Positions 38,247 through 50,484 of a DNA stretch of 64,000 nucleotides are shown here, one piece after another (positions within the stretch are counted from its first letter, which is position 1; each line of letters begins with the position of its first letter). Location of the stretch: assembly GCA_030704615.1 (NCBI GenBank), contig CM060734.1:26474001-26538000 (forward strand), read 5' to 3'. Both the position numbers and the translations under genes were made by a program. The stretch is from Takakia lepidozioides (taxonomy: Eukaryota; Plantae; Bryophyta). The notes beneath the pieces are model-generated. The model saw only the letters and a program-made list of their open reading frames with translations, ran no database searches and had not been told where the DNA came from.

Positions 38247-38568
38247 TGATAAAGAAGAAGAATACAAGCACAAGCTCATGCGAGCTCACAAAGCTGAAGC
38301 ATAAACTCCTGCATATATAAACTCATCACTCAAATACAAGTCAAGCCGTGGAATCGTGGAATCCACACTACAGCGCCATAGCTAGGCGCGGTGAGGCTCA
38401 ACTCGAGAAAGATGAGCCTCCCGCACTTGCCGTGAAGATCGAAATAACCACTCCAGGGCCTAAATCTGCCTTAACCCCTGGATTGACACTTGGGCCAATC
38501 CCAATGTCAATATGTAAAAGCTAGCTATTTCCTAGCTAGTTTCACACTAGTGATGAAATAACTTGACA
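38247..38568 (-). repeat. 5' terminal repeat (segment B only)
   Basis: Near-identical to 27606-27932. Confidence 0.93.
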
Positions 38569-39299
38569 ATAGAAATAAGCTACAATATGCATGTATATGT
38601 ACAATCAATCGAAGGGATGGGTACAGTTCGGTGCGAGAATTATTATGTAGCTTTGATTACATGTCTAATCAACTTGAACATCATCATCCGGAGCTTTTTC
38701 ATCCTCATCAAGCTGCTCAAGTCTTCTTGGTCATCGGGAGTCATCGTCATAAATGGCCCGGCCTCAAAAGGCCCTCCGAATCATCCCTCACTCGTTGTCA
38801 ATGGACTCCGACTCCGAATCATCCTCCACCTCGTTGTCAATGGCCGTGTCTTCTCTCTTGTCAACATCCGTATCTTTTGGAGCTTCTCATATAGGATCCG
38901 GGTGCATTCTCCGGGGCGTCATCATCCTCTTCTACCCCCTCTACCCAACCTCCATCATCAGCATCATTATGACAGTCCGCCCTCCACCGCAATTGCATCC
39001 CGTGGAGATCCGAGACCATGATAGATATGTCTTCATCTTGGCTGAGCAGGCACAACCACCTTCCAATTTCCCCCTCTTGTTTTGTCATCGGAGAATAAAA
39101 CTTGCTGCATGTCCGGTTGTATGAGGTCGTGAATTGAGAGGGGCCCCTTGCAAGGTCTGGCACCATATCTGAAACCACCTCACCTTGAGAAACGGTATCA
39201 TAAATGAAGTCTTGAGGCCACATGTGGAAATGAACTTAGAGGCTGCAATTCCACGGGCAAAATCTTGTGAATGAACATTCCGGCGGCCCGCTCCACGTT

Positions 39300-40770
39300 G
39301 ACGGCGTCTAGTAACGGCCCTTAGATGGTTCTACCTCAATGCAAGCGTTCTCCTCCCTCTCGTTGTTGAACAAGGTTATTGTATCTTGCCTCCCACTCAT
39401 GTATGGTTGGAGGGGGGTGTTCTTCAGTATGAAGTCATGCGTTGCCTCAATAACAAGGTCAGCAATTTTACCCTCTTCGATTTTTTGGCAAAACGATGTA
39501 TTGGTTTGTGCATCCTCATCTTCCTCCACATCCGAGGGGCTTCCTCATCCACTTGCCTTGCCTTGTTACTTCATGCATATAGAACATAGCTTCTTGCAAT
39601 GTATACCCCTTCCCGCCATGCTACCTCCGGGTGCGCCATTTGTCTTACAAATGTTTTCAAAGTCTTCATGTGTAACGCTCACGCTCAAGAAAATACATCC
39701 ACCGAGAATGAACAGGGGCCGACAATCAAGTTCTATTCCACTAAGTGCAATACCAAGTGCATGATGTCAAAGAAGGAGGGAGGCAAAAGAAACTCGGGGG
39801 GGGACAGAAGAAGGAGGGAGGAAGGGGGAAAGGTCTCTCCAGCTACATTTACCTCCGCCCCTTTCCTCCGTTCAGGCGTGGCAAAAAAATCCGCTTCCTC
39901 CAACTCTTTGGAGGAAAATCCACCGGAACAAGCCTTCCCAATCTGTAGATTGTCTCGCAAACCTCAGGGGGAGGTCAATGTCCCACGTAACTACAATGGG
40001 CAAGATATCTTGCAAAATATTTGGTAGTGTAGTGAGACTTCAAACCATGGACCCTGTCTTCGTGAACTTCATACGGAGGGATGACCCAATAACCAGTTGG
40101 TGTTCGGGGCAACACCTATGGGGCTATCACATTCTTGATTCCTCTTTTGTTCATTGCCAAGGTGCGCGCATATACTTCCACCGTCCAACACCCTTTGGGT
40201 CCACACCATTTGTTCGGCCTAGATGGCGCATGCAACCTGCTCTTCAAGCTCCTTTCTAACACCGAGAGAATCTCTTTTGTAGCCACTCCCTTCTTTGCGG
40301 CGTGCCTGAAGAGAACCCGAAAAATGGACGAGCAGGACATTCTTCTTCTCATATGCATGGGATCTAGAAGATGGCGAAATCTTCAGGTCCTACATATATC
40401 CCACCCCAAAATACTTACACAAATATTTTGACGTGAAAGTGACAATGCAACGCATACCAAATGTGTAATATCACATGCATGAATAGGGAAATTAACGGTT
40501 GTTTTTGTGGAATACGTATCGCCCAATTTGGCAACTCGTAGAAGATTGAAAGTCGCTTCATGCCGGGCACGTCCACTCACCGACCGTGCCCGCATGGGCC
40601 TCCTTCATCGGTCTTTCCCAAAACTGCCCGGATGGTGTCACAGGGGGAGGACGTACCTCATCTTTGCCATCAAACAAGTGTTTCTCTCTTCTTCTCCATC
40701 GATCTGTGGCACCGCCTGCCCATCCTCGAGGGAGACGGGTCGCTGTTTCCTCACCATCGCATCCTAATTA
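39300..40770 (-). pseudogene. CACTA transposase C-terminal part (DUF4218-like)
   Basis: PPSFFDIMHLVLHLVE, MKTLKTFVRQMAHPE, LDPMH; frameshifted. Confidence 0.8.
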
Positions 40771-43700
40771 ACACACATTACCCCCACTTTCATTTCTCAA
40801 AACTCGTTGGCAGAAAAAACCCTATGTCCCTTTTCCACCCTACGACAGCAAGGGGTCGCTACGACCCAACGCCGCGAGGCCGTAGCGACCCTCACAAATT
40901 CAAACTCCAAAAACCAATATCAAAAAAATACTTATAAAAAAAAAAAAAAAAAAAACCCAAAAAAGACCAGTCCCACATTGCCCAAGGGCCTGGGCCTTTG
41001 CCTCAGCTCGGGAATTTGGAATTCAAAAAAGTGATAAACAAAGGTGGAGCATCCCTCTGGTGAGAGAACCCAAGACAATAAATCCTTCCTCACGTTCTGT
41101 CTTCAGGTTGCCCACATCATGGAAAAATTTACTGAGGCCCAACGCTTTGCGCTTATCAGATGAACCACTTTTGGATGTGTGAATCATAATTACACCTGTT
41201 TATCCTTTGAACCCAAAGACCCACAACCAAAACCTAGCACCATAAAACAAAAAAAACACCCTAGCCCAAAACCATAAGGGAAACGAAAAAACAAACAAAA
41301 TAAACCCTATAAATCCTAAAAACCCCAAAAGGCCTTAAACCCTAAACCTACAAAGTAACCCCATGTTGCCCAGCTTACAAGGGGGAGGTTGGGGTTGCCA
41401 CCCCCTGCCGTTGCTCATTGCCACGCCGCGGCGTCGCATCTTACGACGCGTTTTTTTGTTGTTGCCACGCGGGGGGGTTGCAAGCTGCGACGGCCGGCCG
41501 TGGCACACCCCATTTTCAAATTCAAAATAGGGCGTGGCGCCGGCGTGCGGGCCCGGGGCGTGGCAGTCGGCGCCGCCGCCACATTTTGTTTTTCCTAAGT
41601 GCTTGAAGCACCTGCTTCCCCCCCCCGTTGTGTTTTCGTTGCTTTTGGGAGAGAGAGAGGTGGGGACTGTGGGCTTAGGGTGGAGGAAGCTTACCTGCAG
41701 AGGTCGCCCCGGGTGGTCGCAAAGCGGAGGAGACAAACTCCCCCAAGTTGCTACTGCACTCCAACGCCGCGACCGCGAGGTGTTTGTTTTGCCTCCTTCC
41801 TCTCTTTCTTTTCTTCTCTCTCTTTCTTTCTCTCTCTCTCTCTCTTTCTTCTTTCTCTGTGCTAACCTCTCTCTCTCTGTGTCGCGTCGTGTGGTAAGAA
41901 ACGTCTCGTGGAGAGGCGTCCGCAAAAGAAGCGGAAGGAGAGAGAGAGAGGCGTGGGGGATCGGGGGAGAGAGCGTGCGCGGTGGGAGCGGGGGAGACAC
42001 GCCGTTTGCAGCAGCCACGGCGTCGCAGCAAACATAGGTAGGTTTTCTCCTAGGTTTTTCCCTCTCCCTTCTAGTGTTTTATTGCGGGGAGTGAAAAAAA
42101 GAGGGAGGAGAGAAAGAGGAGAAGGAGAGAGGGAGAGAGAGGGAGAGAGGAGACGGAGATACAAAGAAAAAAAACAAAAAAGAAGGTGGGGGGGGGAGTG
42201 ATAGAGCAGCTGTTGCTGCTCAGCTGCTCAGTCACTCCCCCCCCCCTTTTTTTTTTCTTGCACCCTCTCTGGTGGGGGGGAGATGAGAGCAGCAACACTT
42301 ACTCCTCTCAACCGCCCACATACATTGTTTTTTTTTTTGGCTTTGCTGACTCTCTCTCTCCCCTCTCTCCATCTCTCTCCCTCTCTTATGCCCCCTCCTC
42401 TCCCCGCTCAGCAACTGCTGCTGCTCAGTCACCGCCCCCCCCCCCACCTTCATTTTTTTTTTCTTTGTTGCCCCCCTCCTCCCTCTCCCTCTATAACTCT
42501 TTGGATTTCATCTGGCCTTAACCTTTTTGATGCTGGTTATTTGGTTTTTCATCCCAATTCCCTTTTCATCCAAAACTGGATGAATTTTCTGAAGGATGAT
42601 GACCCTTAGTATGCAGATTTTTGTTTTTCATCCCAATTTTTTTTTCATCCAAATTTGATGTTATATTGTAGGATGATGAAACTTACTGTGCAGAAATCTT
42701 GGTTTATCATTTGTTTTCTTCTATTTCATCCAAACTGGATGAGTTATTAAGCCTGAGCCTATACCCTAACCCTAAAAGTTACTTTTTAATGGATGTCATC
42801 CATTGACAAGTGCATCTCCTGCTAGAATGCGACTTTTCATTCCCCTTGGATGAGAAATCGGGGATCTGTGCCCTAAGCAGATCGACGCTTTTCACAGCAC
42901 AGAACTTGTGCTTCAGGCGCCGTGTAAAGCTGCTCCCCAACTGCTTCATGGTACCCGTGATGGCTGGCTCTTGGGATGCGCATTGACGGTTATGCAGATT
43001 CTTCTCTGGCAAGGGACAAAACGATGATTGTTTTGCTCATACCCTCATGGTTCTTTATAATTTGCAGCGGCGCTTTTACTTCTCGTTGGGAAGTACTCTA
43101 CCCCTATTAATCTACAGATTACATATGGCTCTTTCACTTTGTATGAGCTCTTCTTTATCTATGAACCCTTCTACTTTGATTGCGTTCTGTTGGAGACGAT
43201 ATGTTGGATGCCATGGCGCAGGGCATACCGCAAACACTCAAGGTCTTTTGAGGTTACCTTTGCTTGAATTGTGATCTGTACTTGCTTTAGAATTCAGCAC
43301 TGACATGGATAGCAACTGTGAAGACCTGCCACTCACCTGATGCATCCTCACTAAAACACATCTTTATGTGGCGGTTTTTGGGACGGTTACAGGTGAGGGT
43401 CTTCACTTGTCTTGATTTCTTGAAGCTTGCAGTTCCTATTCTTGCAAATGTGGGTGCTGCTGTTGCCTGCTGCTGAGCCTGTTGCTGTTTCAAAACTGTC
43501 ACCATACGGATGCAGACCTGCTTCAACTTGGCTCCAATGAGGATCTACTTCTACTCCTTACCTTGTTTTTGGTTTCTTGCACTACATGACAGGAGGTAGG
43601 GCATACATGAGGCTTCATGGAATACAAATCTACTGATTCATCTAATGCCCCTTTTCTTTCATGTTTCAACGCGGGTATAATGTAGCAGCTGGTACCTTGG

Positions 43701-45629
43701 CTGCACTGAAATTCGGCTCTAGAATGAAACCTCTTGGCTGGTTATTAAGACGGACTGTTGTGCCTTAGTAGACAACACACATTCTGCAAGGCCCTCATTT
43801 TACTTTGATTTTATAAGCTGGACTGCAAACAGGGTTTTTGAATTACTTTTCTACCCTGGCAAAGCTGTTTTTAAGGCCCTGGAATACCACTCCAGGCCTG
43901 TATCTGCTTAAAAAGACTCAGTCAAGCCAACACATGATGCTTTTGATGTTTTTCTGGTAACAAGGAACTGGTTGATACCCTCCAGCCCTAGGCTTAACCA
44001 TGCAAATGTTAAGCAGGTCTGCATATGATGTTCTTACTTAGTAAGTACCTTACTTTATTTCTGGATATGCCTTTTATGCATATGATAGACTGGTTGATGG
44101 TACTTTCAGAATTACATACTATTTTCTGTAAGCATCCCTTGGCCTACTTCTGGAAATTCCCATTCAGTTTCACTACTTGGTATGTTTTTTGAGGATCCGG
44201 TTTTATTGCTCTTGGTGCTCTTACTTTGAATCACCTCTGGGCTGGTGTTAACATACCAGCTCCACATGGTTTTGATCTGCCTATCAGCCTTTGTGAACCA
44301 CTTTTTAATGGTAAAACAGACATACTTATAAACTACCAAGGATTACCTTTGTTGAGCTTTTTTAGTCTACACACAGTTTTCTAAAGTACCCCAAGTCCTT
44401 TGGGACAAAAATTGGTATGTTTTATATGGTTTCTTATCATACTCCCTAGGTGGTGCTTGCTTTGCATCACTGCTGGCCTAAAGTGGATATATCAGATCCA
44501 GACTTACCAGGCTGGTCTGACTGAATATATATTTACTAGCATTTCAAGCTTAAAGGAGGTCTGAATATGCGGCTTTTTAAGTAAGTACCCTGCAGTACCT
44601 ATGGAGCTGCCAGCCTATGGAGCTGCCAGGTATGCCTGTGTTAAACTGATCTATGATGCCTGCAGAAGCACATACTGTCTTCTGCAATCATTCCATGACC
44701 TGCTGATGGAAATACCCTTTCAAGTCTGAAACAGCCAAGTATGTTGACCTATGCAGTACCATGCTGTGCTTTTCTGAGCTTAAGACAGTCATGTTTATCA
44801 GATTAACAAGCCCTTGGATTAACCATGCAAGTGTTAAGCAGGTCTGAGTATGTTATTCTTACTTGGTAAGTACCCCGCTTTACTTGTGGATATACCTTTT
44901 ATGCCAGTGATAGTCGGGTTTATGGTGTTTTCAGTATTACATGCTATTTTCTGAAAGCATTCCCTGGCCTACTTTTGGAAATTCCCATTCAGTTTTAAAT
45001 AGCCCTGCTTAAGCTTTCTTAACCTATGCAGTACCCTGCAATTTTTTGAGCACTAAGACATATATTGCTATCATGTTACCAAACATGTTTTTATGTAGTA
45101 CTCTGCAGGTCACATACAGACTGTTATAAAATACCAAGTAGTACTTTTTGGACCACTTATGGAATGTAAAACACACATACCCATGATGTTTTTACTTGTA
45201 AACTACCAAGCACTACTCTAGTGTTGATATTTTAGACTACACACTGTTTTCTAAATGATCCCCCAAGTCTTCTTGGGGACACGACTTGGCATGTTTTTTG
45301 TGGATCCACTCTGTATTGCTTTTGATGTGCTCGCCTTGAATCACTTCTGGGCTGGTGTTGACATACCAGCTCCAGAGTGTTTTGATCTACCTATCAACCT
45401 TTATGAACCACTTTTTAATTTAAAATAGACATATATATGCCGTGTTTATTTATAGACTACCAAGCACCACCTTGTTGGGCTCTTTTTAGACTACAAACTG
45501 TTTTCTAATGTACCCCAAGTGATCTTTTGGGACAAAAATTGGTAAGCTCTATATGGTCTCTTAACATACTCCCTATAGGGTTCTTGCTTTGCATCTCTGC
45601 TGGCCTGCAATAGAAATACCAGATCCAGG

Positions 45630-45771
45630 AAAAAAAAAATAAAAAAATAAAAATTACGCCTCCTGAAGGGAGCGTAACTTATGGTGTCACTTCACCACAA
45701 GGGCTACTCCCTTCCAGCTGAAAGGTGGACACCTTCATGACACACCAGACCGTGGTTTGAACCCACAACCA
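45630..45771 (-). mobile_element. SINE-like short element, copy 2, with T-rich 3' tail
   Basis: Matches 16551-16670; a 24-nt A-rich run on the + strand lies at its 3' end. Confidence 0.65.
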
Positions 45772-45799
45772 CATCCAACGTGGTATGTGTCAATTACCG

Positions 45800-47700
45800 C
45801 TGGGCTATAATGCTGGGGGAACCAACTGGTCACATCGGGCACAGGCTCTGGCACAAATTTTGCAAGCAGACCGGCGCGAAATGCCTCCCATGCAATGTGA
45901 TTGCGAGCTTGGGATCAAACAAGTGTTTCTCTCTTCTTTTCCATCGATGGTTCATAGGAAGAAACTTGCGGTAGTTGGGATACACCATCTTGCGAAGATG
46001 GCGGAAGCTATGTGCATCAAGATCATCGTCACAATGCAAGCACGCATGGTACCCTTTGGTGCTTAGCCCCGAGTAAACAGTTAGTCTTGTGTACATCCCG
46101 CCACATTAGCCAAGACAAGAAGTTCTCATGCGCATGGCCCATAGTGCCATCTACCCCATTACGATGTACAAGACTGTCGCCGCTACTTCAATCAATCTCA
46201 ATCCTCATCGATATTATCCGGCCTTGACAAGTAAATGTATGCGGGTTCTTCATGGGGAACATAATATACCTGGATAATCATGCATTGTCCAAAGCAATGT
46301 GTCTCTCATCTGAAAAGATTGTCCGGCCATAGGGTCAAGTGAAACATCCAATGCCGGCACCCCCCTCCATAGCTCCTTAAGTTCATCAACTAGAGGTCGC
46401 AAGTACGTGTCCATGTTTGCCACTTGTTTTTTCCCTGTGAGACATTCACATCATTGTTTCAATGCTCCACCAATATGCAAAATATACTACATAATGAATT
46501 ACACGTCTTACTCCATGATTATGTCACTCATCAATCTTGCATCCGAATTGCGCCAGAGATCATAAGATTAATGTAAAGTCCAAGGGAATAATAAGCATGA
46601 ATGGGGAACACTCACCTGGTATAATGGCAGCCAACATGTTTTTTATTGAAAGATACGGAGGGATGTTGTAATTCACCAAAGTCACCGGCCAAGTGGAATG
46701 ACTACATGACAGGACAGAGTACGGGTTGACCCCATCCGAGGAGAAGCCGAGGCGGACATGTCGTGGGTCCTCCAAGAGAAAAGGCCACATCTCTTCAATA
46801 TGCCTCCATGCTTGTGAATCTTGTGGCCCGCACACCTTTCCCGGGAGGCTCCGATGCGAGGCGTGCCATCTCATCAGTGTTGCCAACTTCGCGCTTCGGT
46901 AGTGTGCCTTCGATCGCGGGATGAACGGAAAGTAATGCATTTTCTAGGATGAAATACCCCACGTCCCCCACATATAATCATTCCATTATGACACATAATA
47001 CAACACCCTTATGTCTTTCCCTTTATACAGCCTCTCCTTCATTTGGGCGTGAACGGTCAAAACCGAACGTTGCTAGTATTACTCACTCCTTCCAAAGCCA
47101 CAATCAGATCTTGCATGAGTACTACTCTCTAAACCCTAAACTTTGTGGAATATACTTGACATGCATTGACAAGATTAAAGAAAAAAATTTCCATGCGAGG
47201 GGGAATGACACTTATACCTTGCGTGGTACTTTTTTCCTTTGGACATCATCCCAATATCGATCTTTCTTGCACTTTGGGCACTTGGTGAGACGCGAATCCT
47301 CTCCGTAGTATAGGGTTTTATCACATGGGCATGCATGAAAAATCTTATAGCCCATCCCCACGGAGTCCAAGACTTCGTGCGCCTCTTTCCGCGACCGTGA
47401 CATCTTGGGTTTCAAGTATGGAGCAAGGATATAGTCCGCAATAGGTCGCATTATGGCAGACATCCCAACAATACCTATGCCAAATTGAACTTGAAGATTG
47501 AGCAATAGTAAGATTGTTGAAAGTCGACTCACTTTCGCCTCTTCGTACAAGGGAGTTCTCGCCTCCCTCTCCATGTCATTTGAGGGGCCCATTTCAGGAT
47601 CAGCGATTGGCCTGGTTTCTTCTCCATGGGTTGCATCAGTGCCTATATGATGCATTAAGAGATCCTCCATAGCTTGCACATTCTCTTGGTTAATTCCATC
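45800..47700 (-). pseudogene. CACTA (En/Spm) TNP2-like transposase N-terminal part, with probable introns
   Basis: HACPCDKTLY..CPKC..RY; HYFPFIPR..MRWH..DSQAWRH..PRHVRLGFSSDGVNPY..STWPV..YNIPP; GYHACLHC. Confidence 0.9.
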
Positions 47701-49669
47701 CTCACTGCTGCTATCACTGTCACTGTCATCGTCATCATAGTTCGGTACTTGAACAACGGTGGGGGCGGCGTCTCGCCCACGGCTCCCACCTAATGTACTT
47801 GGGTTGTTTTACGGATACGTACAAATGAACATACGGGCATATATTATAATGTGTCATTGTAGTCATACAACTTATTATAAGCGAAAAGCAAACAACAACC
47901 TTCAATGTGTGTGTGCATGCATCAAATATGTCATTCAATAATTACATGTATGTGCGCAACGTCAGCATGCAAAGTTTCAAACCCAAACAAAATCATTTGC
48001 CCCCCAAAGGACGCGTTCACCCTATCAACCAATTTTTGTTTATTAATGTGAAAGAAAATCCTCTCATGTCATTGCACCCATCAAACGGATATGGCTCAAG
48101 CTTCATTTTTTCCCACATGTGCTTAAATGTATGTGCAACACCTGTGCAAAGATCCAGCAGGAAAAAAAAAAAAAAAAACAAAAACATTTGCCTTCCCAAC
48201 GACGCACTCACCCTTGAACCAATTTTGAATTAAAATCGAATTTAAAATGAATATTTGCATTTAGAAAATATAGGATTGCGGTTTTGAGGGGCGTAATGAT
48301 TTTATTTTTGGCTCTATTTTGTTTTGTGACATTGGGGTTTGCACCACTACATCCATGCAAAAAAAATTGGACAAAAAAAGAATGGAAAAGAAAATGTGTG
48401 TTTCTAGGGTCACTTTTGCAAAACTCTCTGTAAAGATTGCATGAAGTTGAAGATAACTCAACTTTGGAGTGCAAATGAGAGAACAAAATATGGTTCTAGG
48501 TCCAAATGACTTTTGTTTACTCCCAATTTTTGCACACACATTGCATATGTTGTCATTAAGCATATGGCTTGAAAATGGAATTAAAAGAAAATCATGTGCC
48601 GTCTCTACAACACGTAGCTGCGTTCAACACTAGAATGACCCATTGAATGAACTTGGTTCAAGCTCATATTTGGTCCACATGTGCATAAGTATGTTCAGAT
48701 CACATATGCAATGTTGCAACCCACACGAGCAACAAGAAAATATTTACATCAATCGATTAATTGGATTTATACAAAGTACATCATGAGAATATCTTCAATG
48801 CCTCTCTACGCGATCCCTGTCTCAAAGGAACCGTATTTCTATCATACACATCCCACTCATGCTGTAACCGGAGGGTCTGTATTTTCCATGAGCGATGAGC
48901 AGACGAGCCATGAGCCATGAGCCATGAGCAGAGTTTCGAACCTACACCGAAGCAAACCCAAAGCCAGATTCCAGGTTCGGAATAGGCTAGGGATATAAGC
49001 AAAGTTGAAGGATCAAAGTTATATTCCTAAATAGAAAGTGTACCACCTATACCCACGCGGGCCAAACGGAAAATATACAGCCGCAAGTCTGTGCCGACTT
49101 CTCAAAAAATATTTTATATTTAAAAAAAAACTGAAAATTGGGAAGCCGGAAGTCTATGCCGACTTCACATATAATATAATATAATATAATATTTAAAAGT
49201 CTGTGCCAACTTCTCAAAATATAATATAAAACTGTAAATGAGGAAGCCGGAAGTCTGTGCCGACTTCTCCAAAAACAATAAAAATAAAACGGAAAGTAGG
49301 CAACCGCAAGTCTGTGCCGACTTCTAAAAAAAAAGGTACCGACGCCCAAATATAGGGAATTCCCGAACCTAGCTTTGCATCCGAACCTAACCTAATTGTT
49401 CTATGATGAGGCACTTGTAACACTGAAAAACTAGTTCGGATGGTCGAAAACCTGGAAATATTCGCAGAAATATGCGAAAAAGATCTCAATAGGAGACAAC
49501 CCCCGTCCACGTACATCCTGTCCATTGACACACAAAATATAGGGTAGGATGTATGGGGCTTCGAGGGATAATGTACGGAACTCCTCGGAGGTGTAGTATG
49601 GACCGTAGTAGGGGAACAAATCCACCGTGTTGTTTCTCCGAGGAGTGATGGAGATACAATTAATCTTGA

Positions 49670-49782
49670 GACTGCCCTTGTTGACATGTATGCCAAATGT
49701 GGGAGCATGAAGGATGCCCATCAGGTTTTTGACAACATGGCTCAGCAAAATGTGGTGTCATGGAGTGCGATGATTGCAGGAA
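49670..49782 (+). pseudogene. Isolated PPR fragment
   Basis: ALVDMYAKCGSMKDAHQVFDNMAQQNVVSWSAMIAG. Confidence 0.8.
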
Positions 49783-50244
49783 GTGGAGCAGAAGCGAACC
49801 AAAATCATTTGGATGGGCATCCATCCGTTGGCCCATCAAACAAATTTCGTTTTATCTCATATTACATTGGAACCCGTCTTATGGTATGTTGAACATACTG
49901 GCAAAGTTTGAAAGCAAATCAAACTCATCTGGATGGGCAACCGTCCGTTGGGCCATTGAACGAATTTCGATTGATGTCATATTCGTACGAGACCTTTGAG
50001 ACGGCGTACCGAACATACTGACAAAGTTTGAAAGAAAACAAAAATCATTCAGATGGCCAACCATCCGTTGTCCAATCGAATGAATTTCGTTTCACCTCGT
50101 ATGACTCCTGGACCTGTTGGGATAAGCCACACGGTGGCAATGGCAATTGGAGATCGAAGGGAGGGCCTTCGCACGCCAGGGCGGCACCCGGTGCTCCAAA
50201 AGGAAAAATAGGTGCGATGGCACATGGCGGGCAGAATGCGACCT

Positions 50245-50310
50245 TTGATGGGGGTGTACTTTAATTGCGGTGAGATTAGGCACATGGCCAAAAAGTGCCC
50301 GAAACCGACA
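50245..50310 (+). pseudogene. Degenerate CCHC zinc-knuckle fragment
   Basis: YFNCGEIRHMAKKCP, with the first Cys replaced. Confidence 0.5.
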
Positions 50311-50484
50311 GTTAAACATGACAACGACGACCACGGAGATTTCCGAAGACTCCATCAACCGCTTGGTGGAGGTAGTGGCCGTCGTTTCATTTTTTTTTTA
50401 AAACGAAAAAGAGAGATAGCCATAGGGCAATTGATTCATTTTTTTTAAAAAAATTAAAAAAGAAATTTAAAAATAAAAACGTAA

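Larger units (their letters stand above)
27450..38568 (-). mobile_element. Full-length decayed Ty3/Gypsy-type retroelement encoding a C5 DNA methyltransferase and PHD finger, with split terminal repeats
   Basis: TGTC...GACA ends; ATAG TSD at 27446-27449 and 38569-38572; domain order gag-PR-MTase-RT-RH-IN-PHD. Confidence 0.95.

Noticed and set aside
27450-38568. DIRS/Ngaro element, suggested by split repeats and a methyltransferase
   Set aside because: It encodes an aspartic protease and a DDE integrase with a TSD, no tyrosine recombinase is seen, and the MTase is C5-type rather than adenine-type.
41335-42609. Several 100-230 aa overlapping ORFs
   Set aside because: GC-rich and GA/CT low-complexity transposon-end sequence with no recognisable domain.
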